DNA of 64,000 nt from an uncultured Alphaproteobacteria bacterium (lineage in GTDB: Bacteria; Pseudomonadota; Alphaproteobacteria; Rs-D84): positions 74,699 through 138,698 of the forward strand of contig CAUTNA010000001.1 in assembly GCA_963540515.1 (NCBI GenBank), written 5' to 3'. The position numbers were made by a program, and so were the translations under genes. This document shows, piece after piece, positions 30,741 through 40,505 of this stretch. The first letter of the stretch is position 1. Each line of letters starts with the position of its first letter. The notes beneath the pieces were generated by a model. The model saw nothing but the letters and a program-made list of their open reading frames with translations, was not told the origin of the DNA and ran no database searches.

Positions 30741-32342
30741 AAATTTTAAATTATTTTCAATTTGTTTAATTTTTATATTTATTCTATCAAGATCCTCATT
30801 TAATAAATTATTACCTAATAGAATTTTTTCTATTAATTCTTTTTTTTGTTTATTTAAATCTTTTAGAGTTTCTTCAAATTTTAATAAATTTATATATTTA
30901 TCAGCTTCTTCTAAAGATAAATTGATGTCATTAGATTCTCTCTTTTTTATTTGCTCTGAAAACTTTTTTATAAAATCAAAATGTTTTTCTACAATTTGAG
31001 GGTATTTTTTTATTATAAATCCTATAGTTTCTAATACAATATCATCAACTTTTGGTATTTTTATATTTTCATATTTTGTTTTATTTTTTTTCCAAGAATA
31101 CCAATTTTCAAATTTTCTTTTATCAAATTCTTTTTTATACTCGTTTCTTAATTTCTCTTCTTGTATTTTTTTTAGTTCTTTTTCTAAAAACTCTTCAGCT
31201 TGAACTCTTCCACCAGGAGAAGAAGTAATATATTTTTTATTAATCATATTCCATAAAAAATCTTCAATAGGTATAGCATTATCCAATAAATTATTTATTA
31301 TTTCTTTTCCATTTATTTTTTTTAGTATTTCATCTGGATCTTTACCTTCTTTTAAAAAGCAGAATTTTATAGAAGAATTATTTCTTAAAAAAGGTATAAC
31401 AAGGCTAGATGCTTTTTCTGCAGCTTTTATTCCAGCATTATCACCATCAAAACAAAAAATAATATTTCTATTTAGTTTACAAAGTATTGATAAATGATCT
31501 TCTGTTAAAGCTGTTCCAAGTGGAGCAACAGTTTCTTCAAAACCATTTATTTGCATTTTTATTACATCAATTTGTCCTTCTACTAAAATAGATCTGTTTT
31601 TTTTATAGATAAAATCTCTTGCAAAATTTAATCCAAATAAAATTTTTCTTTTATGAAAAATTTCTGTATCAATTGTATTTATATATTTTGGATCAGAACC
31701 ATCTATACTTCTGCCAGAAAAAGCTACTGTATTTCCTTTTAAGTCATAAATTGGAAACATAATTCTATTTTTAAAGAAATCATATTTTCCAAAATCACTT
31801 TTTCTTATAATACCAAGTTTATAAAATAAGTCTTCTTTAAGATTTATAAAAGTACTTAATATTTGATTTTGTTTTAAAGAATAACCAATTTTATATTTTT
31901 TGATTATTTCTATAGAAAAACCTCTTTTTTTTAAATATTCCAGAGCAAATTCATTTTCTTTTTTTAAAAGATTATTATGATATATATCGGTAATTTTATT
32001 CATTATATTATAATAATTATCTTTTTCTTTAATATCTTTTTCTTTATATTGAGGAATTTTTAAATTTGCTAATTCTGCTAATTCTTTTATTGCAGATCTA
32101 AAATCTAAATTTTTAATTTTCATTAAAAAAGATATTATATCTCCATGTTCTCCGCATCCAAAACAGTGATAAAACCCTTTTTCTTCATTTACAGAAAAGC
32201 TAGCTGTTTTTTCATTATGAAAAGGGCAACAACCCCAGTAGTTTTTTCCTTTTTTTGTAAGAGAAACATAATTGTTTATAATATCTATAATTGATAATCT
32301 AGAACGCAATTCATCTGTAAAATTATTATTATTTTTTAGCAT
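30726..32342 (-). CDS. dnaG: DNA primase
   Basis: CHC2 zinc finger (CCPFHNEKTASFSV...CFGCGEHGD) and TOPRIM motifs (VEGQIDV, DGDNAG). 538 aa. Confidence 0.9.
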   Translation of the reverse strand: MLKNNNNFTDELRSRLSIIDIINNYVSLTKKGKNYWGCCPFHNEKTASFSVNEEKGFYHCFGCGEHGDIISFLMKIKNLDFRSAIKELAELANLKIPQYKEKDIKEKDNYYNIMNKITDIYHNNLLKKENEFALEYLKKRGFSIEIIKKYKIGYSLKQNQILSTFINLKEDLFYKLGIIRKSDFGKYDFFKNRIMFPIYDLKGNTVAFSGRSIDGSDPKYINTIDTEIFHKRKILFGLNFARDFIYKKNRSILVEGQIDVIKMQINGFEETVAPLGTALTEDHLSILCKLNRNIIFCFDGDNAGIKAAEKASSLVIPFLRNNSSIKFCFLKEGKDPDEILKKINGKEIINNLLDNAIPIEDFLWNMINKKYITSSPGGRVQAEEFLEKELKKIQEEKLRNEYKKEFDKRKFENWYSWKKNKTKYENIKIPKVDDIVLETIGFIIKKYPQIVEKHFDFIKKFSEQIKKRESNDINLSLEEADKYINLLKFEETLKDLNKQKKELIEKILLGNNLLNEDLDRINIKIKQIENNLKFLQVE

Positions 32343-34530
32343 TATTCTTATTATTTATTAATTCAATAGCTTTTTCTAAATCAGGTTTATCTTTTACAGA
32401 AATATTTATTTTATTGCTTGATATATAAGATCCATATCTACCTGTTGGATAAAAATAAATTTGTTTACCACTTTTGGGATTTATACCTAATTCAATTACT
32501 TCTTTTTTATTTATACTATTTAATAATTCTTTTGCTTTTTCAATTGTTATATCTTCTATTTTATATTTTTTTATACTTACATTTTTTTTACCATCTGTTA
32601 TATATGGTCCAAACTTTCCTTTTTTTATAAAAATATTTTCACCCAAATCTATATCTTTTTTATCTATATTTTCTAAAGAATTATTATTTGAAATTTTTAT
32701 ATTATAATCACAATCTGGATAATTAGAACAACCTATAAAAGATCCATATTTAGAAATTTTAATCGAAAGTTTTCCTCCACATTTTGGACATATTTTTTCA
32801 TCAAATAAAAAATCAGATGTATCATTATTTATCCTATCCAAAATATCACTAGTTCTTATATCTTTAGCAGAATTTATAGACTTTTCAGTTGGTATCCAAA
32901 AATTAGATAAAGCTGATATTTTTTCAACTTTACCATTTGATACTTCATCTAAAGTATCTTCTGTTTTAGCTGTAAAATTAATATCAACTAAATCATTAAA
33001 GTAATTATTTAAATATGAATTTAAAATCCACCCTTCGTTTGTTGGTATAAATTTATGTTGATTATTTTGTTCTACATACTTTCTGTCAATAATCGTACTT
33101 ATTATATTTGAATATGTAGAAGGTCTACCTATTCCTAATTCTTCTAATTTTTTTATTAAAGATGCTTCTGTATATCTTGCTGGAGGCTTTGTTTCATGTT
33201 GTTCAGGATTTAAACTTTCTATTAAAATTTTATCTTTTAAATTTAAAACAGGTAATAAATTTTCTTTTTCTTCTTCATCATTATTTTCATTATATATTTT
33301 TGTAAAACCTTCAAACAAACAAGTTGTTCCAGAAGAATGAAAATATATATTTTTATTTTCTAATTTTATATCTATAGATACAGTTTCATATTCAGCATTT
33401 GTCATTTGACAAGATATAGTTCTTTTTAAAATTAAATTATAAAGTTTTTTTTCATCATCGGATAAGTTTGTTGTTTCTTGATTTAAATTTGTTGGTCTTA
33501 TTGCTTCATGGGCTTCTTGTGCATTTTTTATTTTTGTTATATATATATTTGGTTTACTTGGTAAAAATTTTTTTCCAAATTTATCTTCAATATAGTTTCT
33601 TATTGAAGATATAGCTTCGTTTGATAGATTAAAGGAGTCTGTTCTCATATATGTTATAAAACCATTCTCATATAATTTTTGAGCAATCATCATTGTTTTT
33701 TTTGATGTAAAAAATAATCTTTTAGATGATTCTTGTTGTAGGGTGCTAGTAGTAAAAGGAGGAAAAGGTCTTTTATTAGAATTCTTTTTTAATATATTTG
33801 ATACTTCTGAATTTATAGGTAAAGGAATTTCTTTAATAATATTATCAATATCACTTTTATTAGAAATTGTTAATTTTTCAATTTTTCTCCCGTTAAAATA
33901 TGATAACTTAGCTAAAAATTTAAAATTATTTTTTATACAATTTGATGATAAAGACCAATATTCTTGTGGTATAAATTTTTTAATTTCTTTTTCTTTATCT
34001 ATTATTATTCTAACTGCTACAGATTGAACTCTTCCAACAGATCTTCCGAGTCTTTTTTTCCATAAAAGAGGAGATATTTTAAACCCTATTAAATAGTCTA
34101 AAGCTCTTCTAACTAAATATGCGTCTACTAAATTGGTATCAATTTCTCTTGGTTTTTTTATAGCATCAATAATTGAATTTTTTGTTATTTCATGAAAAAC
34201 AACTCTATAAACATTTTTATTTTGTAAAATATTTCTAGATTTTAATATATCTAAAATATGCCAAGCGATAGCTTCTCCTTCACGATCAGGATCTGATGCA
34301 AGATAAATATTATCTGATAAATTAACTTCTTCAATTATTTTTCTTATTTGTTTTTCTTTACCTTCTAAAATTCCCCACTTCATTTCGAAATTTTTATTAG
34401 TATCAACACTCCCATTTTCTGGAATAAGATCTCTAACATGTCCAACAGATGCTATAACATGCCAATCTTCTCCAAGATATTTTTCGATTGTTTTAGCTTT
34501 AGAAGGAGATTCAACGATTAAAAGATTCAT
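32329..34530 (-). CDS. topA: DNA topoisomerase I
   Basis: TOPRIM MNLLIVESPSKAKTIEKYLG, active-site region ITYMRTDS, C-terminal Cys4 zinc ribbon (CPKCGG...CSNYPDC). 733 aa. Confidence 0.95.
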   Translation of the reverse strand: MNLLIVESPSKAKTIEKYLGEDWHVIASVGHVRDLIPENGSVDTNKNFEMKWGILEGKEKQIRKIIEEVNLSDNIYLASDPDREGEAIAWHILDILKSRNILQNKNVYRVVFHEITKNSIIDAIKKPREIDTNLVDAYLVRRALDYLIGFKISPLLWKKRLGRSVGRVQSVAVRIIIDKEKEIKKFIPQEYWSLSSNCIKNNFKFLAKLSYFNGRKIEKLTISNKSDIDNIIKEIPLPINSEVSNILKKNSNKRPFPPFTTSTLQQESSKRLFFTSKKTMMIAQKLYENGFITYMRTDSFNLSNEAISSIRNYIEDKFGKKFLPSKPNIYITKIKNAQEAHEAIRPTNLNQETTNLSDDEKKLYNLILKRTISCQMTNAEYETVSIDIKLENKNIYFHSSGTTCLFEGFTKIYNENNDEEEKENLLPVLNLKDKILIESLNPEQHETKPPARYTEASLIKKLEELGIGRPSTYSNIISTIIDRKYVEQNNQHKFIPTNEGWILNSYLNNYFNDLVDINFTAKTEDTLDEVSNGKVEKISALSNFWIPTEKSINSAKDIRTSDILDRINNDTSDFLFDEKICPKCGGKLSIKISKYGSFIGCSNYPDCDYNIKISNNNSLENIDKKDIDLGENIFIKKGKFGPYITDGKKNVSIKKYKIEDITIEKAKELLNSINKKEVIELGINPKSGKQIYFYPTGRYGSYISSNKINISVKDKPDLEKAIELINNKNNAKK

Positions 34531-35676
34531 TTAAAGACCTTTTGCAGATAATTGTTGCTCTTTATTTATATTAACATTTTGACACAAACCAAAACCAAAC
34601 ATAAGCGATAATAAACTACTACCACCAAATGATACTAATGGTAAAGGTACTCCCACTGTTGGAATTATTCCTAAAACCATCGATATATTTATAAAATAAT
34701 AAGTAAAAAAGTTCAACATAAAACCAAAACAAAATAATTGCCCAAATCGATTTCTTGAAGATTTAGAAATGAAATATAATATAAAAAATAAAGTAGTATA
34801 CAATGATAATAATAGTATAGCTCCTATAAAACCAAATTCTTCACCTATCATTGTAAATATAAAATCAGTGTGCTTTTCTGGTAAAAAAGATTGTTGGGAT
34901 TGAGTTCCAGATATAAAACCTTTTCCAGTAAAACCACCGCTTCCAAAAGCTATTTTTGCTTGATTTATTTGATATCCTGTTTTTCTTATATCATGATCTG
35001 GATTTAAAAAAGTTATAATTCTATTTTTTTGATAATCGTGGAGACCAACAAACCAAATTATTGGTGTAGATAATATTGCTAATATACTTCCTATAATAAA
35101 CCACTGTTTTTTTGCACCAGCTATATAAAATATACCAATGCTAATTATAACTATTGATAAGGCTGTCCCTAGGTCTGGTTGAAGCATTATGAGAAGAAAA
35201 GGTAATAAAACTATTAATATTGGAATTAAATAATTTTTTAATTGTGCAGATTCGACAGAATTTTTCCAAGCAAAATACCTAGCTAATATTAATACAATAG
35301 ATACTTTTATTAATTCTGATGGTTGAATATGAATAAAACCTAAATTTAACCATCTTTGAGCCCCCATACCTTTATGACCTATAAAAGTTACTAAGAAAAT
35401 TAAAATAAATGTAAATATATATATAAAATAGGATGATTTTATCCAAAATTTTATATTTATAAATGTTGCTAAAAAATAAATTATAAAACTAAAAAATATT
35501 TTTATAAGTTGAGAAAAAGCAAAAGGTTTCCAATTTCCTCCACCAGCAGAAAATAAAATAAATTCAGATATAGTAAAGATCATTAATAAAAAGAAAAAAG
35601 AAGGAAAAGAAAAACGTTTTAATTTTTCTAAAACACTTAATTTATCTGAATTTGAGATTCTTGTTTGTTTAGACAT
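34531..35676 (-). CDS. rodA: SEDS-family peptidoglycan glycosyltransferase RodA
   Basis: 10-TM FtsW/RodA family protein directly downstream of PBP2 (mrdA). 381 aa. Confidence 0.8.
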   Translation of the reverse strand: MSKQTRISNSDKLSVLEKLKRFSFPSFFFLLMIFTISEFILFSAGGGNWKPFAFSQLIKIFFSFIIYFLATFINIKFWIKSSYFIYIFTFILIFLVTFIGHKGMGAQRWLNLGFIHIQPSELIKVSIVLILARYFAWKNSVESAQLKNYLIPILIVLLPFLLIMLQPDLGTALSIVIISIGIFYIAGAKKQWFIIGSILAILSTPIIWFVGLHDYQKNRIITFLNPDHDIRKTGYQINQAKIAFGSGGFTGKGFISGTQSQQSFLPEKHTDFIFTMIGEEFGFIGAILLLSLYTTLFFILYFISKSSRNRFGQLFCFGFMLNFFTYYFINISMVLGIIPTVGVPLPLVSFGGSSLLSLMFGFGLCQNVNINKEQQLSAKGL

Positions 35677-35679
35677 TTT

Positions 35680-37446
35680 TTATTCTTTAAGTAATTCTTT
35701 AGCTATTTCTGCTGATATATTTGCAGCTGGTGTACTTGTGTTTGAATGTTCTGTAATAACAGATATTACATATTTAGGATTATTAGATGGTACATAACCA
35801 ACAAATAATCCATGGTTTCTCATACTCCATTTAATTTGTTCTTGAGTAAGTACCCCTTTTTCTCTCTCTGCTTTTGAAATGCTTCTAACTTGTGAAGTTC
35901 CTGTTTTACCAGCCATTTTTTTCCCATTTATATTAATTCTACTTGAATAAGCAGTCCCTCCTTTTTCCAGAACTTGCTCTAATCCATTTAAAATAACATT
36001 AATATTTTTTTGTTGTAGGTTTAACTTTTTAAAATTAGGTAGATCATTTTCAACAATTATTCTTGGAATAATCTCTTTATTTGATATAACTCTAGCCATC
36101 ATTATAGCAAGTTGAAGACAGTTCGATAAAACAAAACCTTGTCCTATACCTGATATAATAGTATCACCATGCCACCATCTTATACCTATATTTTTTTCTT
36201 TCCATTTTTTATCAGGTAAAATACCAATCATTTCATTTGGTAGTATATTTAAAAGTTTATTACCTAGACCTAGTTTTAAAGCCATATTTTTTATTGAGTC
36301 AATCCCTATTTTTAGAGCTATTTGATAAAAATAAATATCACAAGAATGTTTTAATGCACCTATAAGATCTAGATTTCCGTGTCCTTTATGATCCCAACAA
36401 TGATATCTATGGTCCATATATTCCCAGTACCCTTTACAATTTATTTTGTCATAAGGAGATATAGCTCCAGATTCTAGAGCAGCCAAAGCAACTATAATTT
36501 TAAAAGTTGATCCTGGTGGATACAAACCTTCTATTGTCTTATTAATAAAAGGTTTAGCAAAATGATCTCTTAGAGATTTTATATAATTTTCAGAGTTATC
36601 TGAATTAAATTTATTTGGATCAAAACTTGGAGCTGATGCCATAGCAATTATATTGCCTGTTTTTATTTCTAGTACAGTGCCACACCCTGCTTTATTTTTA
36701 TCTAATAAATTGAATAATTTTTTTTGTATATTTTCATTTATGGTTGTTTTTAAATCTAATCCTGATTTAGGTTCTATAAATTGTTCAATATCTTCTCCTT
36801 GTACTCTACCTAAAGCATTAGTAATCATTACTGTTTGCCCAAAATTACCCGCAAGTTTATTGTTGTAAATCTTTTCTAAACCACTAATACCTGTGGTAAA
36901 AAAATCAATGTTTTTATTTTGATTTTTAGTTGTTCCAGCATATCCAAAAACTTGACTTCCTGCTTCTCCTAATTCATATAACCTTGAAAATCCATTTTTT
37001 ATATATAAACCAGAAATATTTAATGTTTGTAATTCTGCGAGTTTATGCCAGTTAGAATTTTCTGATATTAAAACTGGTTGAAATTTAGCTTGTTTTTTTA
37101 TTACTAAATAAATTTTATTTAGTTTTTTTTGAGACAAATTTAATTTTTTTGCTAAAAAATTTAATAGTTTATCTAAATCATCAATTTCTTCTGGAATTAT
37201 ATATATTCTATAAATAGGTATATCTTTAGAAATCACAGAACCTGATTCTGATAAAATTTTTCCTCTTTCTGGTATGGTTATTTTTATTCTAAAAGAATTT
37301 CTTTCTGATTTTTTTTTATATTTTTTATAATCAAAAACCTGCATTTGTAGCATTTTTATTATTAAAACTGATGTAAGTATACTTCCTCCACCAATTAATA
37401 TTGCTGATCTTCTATCAAAAATTTTATTTAATTCAGAATCAATCAT
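35680..37446 (-). CDS. mrdA: Penicillin-binding protein 2 (elongasome transpeptidase)
   Basis: Transpeptidase motifs STFK (PPGSTFKII), SxN and KTG(T) (AGKTGTSQ). N-terminal anchor. 588 aa. Confidence 0.9.
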   Translation of the reverse strand: MIDSELNKIFDRRSAILIGGGSILTSVLIIKMLQMQVFDYKKYKKKSERNSFRIKITIPERGKILSESGSVISKDIPIYRIYIIPEEIDDLDKLLNFLAKKLNLSQKKLNKIYLVIKKQAKFQPVLISENSNWHKLAELQTLNISGLYIKNGFSRLYELGEAGSQVFGYAGTTKNQNKNIDFFTTGISGLEKIYNNKLAGNFGQTVMITNALGRVQGEDIEQFIEPKSGLDLKTTINENIQKKLFNLLDKNKAGCGTVLEIKTGNIIAMASAPSFDPNKFNSDNSENYIKSLRDHFAKPFINKTIEGLYPPGSTFKIIVALAALESGAISPYDKINCKGYWEYMDHRYHCWDHKGHGNLDLIGALKHSCDIYFYQIALKIGIDSIKNMALKLGLGNKLLNILPNEMIGILPDKKWKEKNIGIRWWHGDTIISGIGQGFVLSNCLQLAIMMARVISNKEIIPRIIVENDLPNFKKLNLQQKNINVILNGLEQVLEKGGTAYSSRININGKKMAGKTGTSQVRSISKAEREKGVLTQEQIKWSMRNHGLFVGYVPSNNPKYVISVITEHSNTSTPAANISAEIAKELLKE

Positions 37447-37888
37447 TTTTTAAATATTCCAATATTTTTATAAATATTATATATAAGAAGTAAATCCAAA
37501 TAATAAAAAAGATACTAGTAAAAATATTTAAGAAACTATTTGTAATAGTTAATATTATTATAGGTACTGATATAAATATAAAAAAAATTAAATGATTTCC
37601 GTTTTGTTGATTGGTTATATCTATAAAAGATTGAAAATGGTTGATAGAAAAAATTACACAGTAGTAAAATGAAAAAAATAATAAACTATCTGAGCAGTAA
37701 TCTATTATGAATAAAAAGAAAATAGAAAATAAGAAATAAAAATTTATAGGTTTAATAAAAGAAAAGTAAAATATTGGTATAAATGATAAATATCCATTAG
37801 GGTTCCAAAAAAAATTAAAATACCAGAGTATTAAAACTGATATATAAGGAAATATATTATTTAAAAAAGTTTTTAAATAAGTTTTCAT
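37439..37888 (-). CDS. mreD: Rod shape-determining protein MreD
   Basis: Small polytopic membrane protein between mreC and mrdA. 149 aa. Confidence 0.55.
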   Translation of the reverse strand: MKTYLKTFLNNIFPYISVLILWYFNFFWNPNGYLSFIPIFYFSFIKPINFYFLFSIFFLFIIDYCSDSLLFFSFYYCVIFSINHFQSFIDITNQQNGNHLIFFIFISVPIIILTITNSFLNIFTSIFFIIWIYFLYIIFIKILEYLKND

Positions 37889-38703
37889 TTGTATTTAATT
37901 TCATTGTCAAAATGTAAAACAATAACATTAGAAATAGTTTTAATAGAAGTTATTTTAACTTGTTTATTTTCCAATATTTCTCCGATATTTATACCTTCTG
38001 GTAAAACTCCGTTTATATTACTTGTTGTTAATTTTAATCCTTTTGTTATTTCAAATTTTGGATCACTAAAAAAATCAATACTAGGATTTTCTGAGGATTT
38101 TCCTTGTATAAAACCATAAACTTCAGAACCTGCTATTTTTACAGCTATATTTGATTTTGTATCATTTAAAGATCTTATTTTAGAGAAGTTTTTATTTGTA
38201 TCAGAAACAACACCTACTAAGTTACCTTCTAGAGATATAACAACCATTCCTTTTTTTATACCAGAATCGCTTCCCTTGTTTATAAAAAAAATATCACCAA
38301 AAAGACTTTTATTATAAATAATAGAAGCTAAAGTTGATTTTATTGGTTTGGATTTTATTATATCTAACTCTTTATTTAGTTTTTGGTTTTCAAGAACTAA
38401 AATATCACATTTATTTTTTTCAGATATTAACTCTGATATTTGTTCTTTTAGTTTTAAATTTTCTTCTTTAATACTATTAAAATCTTTTATATTTGAAAAG
38501 AGTTTTGAAATAGATTTTATTGGATAATTTAGAATATTACCTATATTTGTTGCTATGTTCATATTAAATGCAGATATTTTGTTTATTATTTTGTAATCTG
38601 GTTTATCTATGACAAGATAAATAACAAAAAAAGGTAAAAATATTGTTGGTAAAATAGACCAATTAAAAATGTAGTTTTTATAAGATTTTTTTTTAGAAAC
38701 CAT
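37885..38703 (-). CDS. mreC: Rod shape-determining protein MreC
   Basis: N-terminal TM, coiled coil, C-terminal beta domains. Lies upstream of mreD-mrdA-rodA. 272 aa. Confidence 0.75.
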   Translation of the reverse strand: MVSKKKSYKNYIFNWSILPTIFLPFFVIYLVIDKPDYKIINKISAFNMNIATNIGNILNYPIKSISKLFSNIKDFNSIKEENLKLKEQISELISEKNKCDILVLENQKLNKELDIIKSKPIKSTLASIIYNKSLFGDIFFINKGSDSGIKKGMVVISLEGNLVGVVSDTNKNFSKIRSLNDTKSNIAVKIAGSEVYGFIQGKSSENPSIDFFSDPKFEITKGLKLTTSNINGVLPEGINIGEILENKQVKITSIKTISNVIVLHFDNEIKYK

Positions 38704-38839
38704 ATACCTAAATAGTAATATTTTGGTTATATTTATTCAATAAAAACTTGATTTTAATTAAATTTATGTGAGAATTAACTAGGTTAACTGAAATGGCATG
38801 GCGTTGCCATAAGGATTATTTATAGAAAAGGATAAGAAA

Positions 38840-39043
38840 ATGCCAAAAATGAAAACAAAGTCATATATGAAAAAAAGGGCTTCTATAACAGCTAGTGGTA
38901 AGATAAAAGTTGCTCGTAATAGTCATAAAAAACTCTTAAGAAAAAAATCAAGCCGCGCAAATAATGCAGGATCTAAAGCTCAATATTTAAATAGTAATAT
39001 GGTTGGACAAGCAAAAATATTGACTCCATACGGTTTGAAATAA
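38840..39043 (+). CDS. rpmI: 50S ribosomal protein bL35
   Basis: MPKMKTKSYMKKRASITASGKIKVARNSHKKLLRKKS... 67 aa. Confidence 0.9.
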   Translation: MPKMKTKSYMKKRASITASGKIKVARNSHKKLLRKKSSRANNAGSKAQYLNSNMVGQAKILTPYGLK

Positions 39044-39070
39044 TTTATATAATTAATAGGAGATATTTAT

Positions 39071-39436
39071 ATGGCAAGAGTTAAACGTGGAACTACAGTA
39101 AAACAAAAACATAAGAAAGTTTTAGATAGATCTAAAGGTTTTTTAGGAAGACATCATTCTACTTATCGTGCTGCTCGTGAGAAATCAGAAAAGTCAATGC
39201 AATATGCTTATCGTGATAGAAGAGTAAAGAAGCGTGAATTTAGATCTTTATGGATTATCCGCATAAATGCTATGGTACGTAAGAGTGGAATAACATATAG
39301 TCAATTTATATATGGTTTAAAAAAAGCTGGTGTTGATCTAGATCGTAAGATTTTATCTTCTATGGCTTATGATAATGATTGTAATTTTGCAACTTTAGTA
39401 GATTTAGCAAAACGATTTATTTCAAAAGAAAAGTAA
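39071..39436 (+). CDS. rplT: 50S ribosomal protein bL20
   Basis: MARVKRGTTVKQKHKKVLDRSKGFLGRHHSTYRAAREK... 121 aa. Confidence 0.95.
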   Translation: MARVKRGTTVKQKHKKVLDRSKGFLGRHHSTYRAAREKSEKSMQYAYRDRRVKKREFRSLWIIRINAMVRKSGITYSQFIYGLKKAGVDLDRKILSSMAYDNDCNFATLVDLAKRFISKEK

Positions 39437-39440
39437 TTTT

Positions 39441-39488
39441 AAGGGTAGAGTTTTATTTTTCTATAGGCTACCCTTGTGGTAGCTTTTT
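39441..39488 (+). promoter_or_regulatory. Attenuator-like region. An 8-bp stem AAGGGTAG/CTACCCTT is mutually exclusive with a downstream terminator hairpin GCTACC-cttgt-GGTAGC followed by TTTTT.
   Basis: Read directly. The 5' arm of the terminator (39467-39472) lies inside the 3' arm of the upstream stem (39468-39475). Sits between rplT stop and the pheS ATG at 39509. Confidence 0.45.
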
Positions 39489-39508
39489 ACTTTTGGGGTT
39501 TTAGAGAC

Positions 39509-40495
39509 ATGAAAGATTTATTAAATGATTTACTTAATGTTAGATCTATTCAAGATTTAGATAATGTAAAGTCAAAATGGTTAGGAAAAAAATCTGTATT
39601 AAAATCAAATTTTGATTCTTTAAAGAATTTATCTTTAGAGGATAGATATAAAATTGGACAGGAATTAAATGAACAAAGAAAAAATATAGAATCTTTAATA
39701 GAACAAAAGAAAAAAGAAATAATTCAGTCGCAAATAGAGTCTGAATTAAAAAATGATACTTTTGATATAACTTTACCTGGTGAACTTCATAATATTGGAT
39801 CTCTGCATCCTGTAACCATTATAGAAGAAAAATGTATTAAATTTTTTAGATGTTTAGGTTTTTCCGTAGTATCTGGTCCTGAAATAGAAACTCCTGAATA
39901 TAATTTTGATTTATTAAATATTCCAAAACATCACCCTGCTCGTGATATGCAAGATACTTTTTGGATAGAAAAAGAAAAAGTTTTGATAAGAACACATACT
40001 ACATCTGTTCAATCAAGGTTTATGATGTCTTTAAAAGGGGATGAATCTAAATTACCTGCAAAAATAATTTCTCCTGGTAGGGTTTATAGAAATGAAGCGG
40101 TAGATTCTACTCATCTAGCTATATTTAACCAATTTGAAGGACTTTGGGTTGAAAAAGGAATAAAGTTTGCTGACTTGAAAGGAATTATAGAGTATATGCT
40201 TAAAAATATATATGGAAATGATAAAAAAATACGTTTTAAGCCAAAATATTATCCTTATACAGAACCTAGTATAGGTGCTGATATTTTAACATCTAGTGGT
40301 TGGGTTACAGTAGTTGGTGCTGGAATGGTGTCTCCAAAAGTTTTATCTAATTTTGGTTTTGATCCAGAAAAAATATCTGGTTTTGCTTTTGGTTTTGGTA
40401 CATCTCGTTTAGCTTGTGATTTTACAGGTGCAAATATGCGAGAGTTATATGGTATGGATTTAAGGGTTTTAAAAAATATAAAAGGTATAAAATAG
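39509..40495 (+). CDS. pheS: Phenylalanine--tRNA ligase alpha subunit
   Basis: Class II aaRS motifs (HPAR, FRNE-like YRNEAVDSTH, GAGMV). The ORF track starts at a GTG at 39476 inside the terminator hairpin; the ATG at 39509 (MKDLLNDLL) is the preferred start. Confidence 0.88.
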   Translation: MKDLLNDLLNVRSIQDLDNVKSKWLGKKSVLKSNFDSLKNLSLEDRYKIGQELNEQRKNIESLIEQKKKEIIQSQIESELKNDTFDITLPGELHNIGSLHPVTIIEEKCIKFFRCLGFSVVSGPEIETPEYNFDLLNIPKHHPARDMQDTFWIEKEKVLIRTHTTSVQSRFMMSLKGDESKLPAKIISPGRVYRNEAVDSTHLAIFNQFEGLWVEKGIKFADLKGIIEYMLKNIYGNDKKIRFKPKYYPYTEPSIGADILTSSGWVTVVGAGMVSPKVLSNFGFDPEKISGFAFGFGTSRLACDFTGANMRELYGMDLRVLKNIKGIK

Positions 40496-40505
40496 GTTTT
40501 TTATT

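Noticed and set aside
32418-34027. Plus-strand ORFs 32418..32630, 32474..32707 and 33743..34027 inside topA, and similar internal ORFs in gspE-like, ileS, metG and mrdA
   Set aside because: Antisense or alternative-frame ORFs created by AT-rich codon bias (Phe/Leu/Ile/Tyr runs). The host genes are unambiguous.
39476-39508. GTG start for pheS giving N-terminal MVAFYFWGFRD
   Set aside because: The GTG lies inside the terminator hairpin 3' arm. The conserved PheS N-terminus begins at the ATG at 39509. The Phe codons there are noted under the attenuator finding instead.
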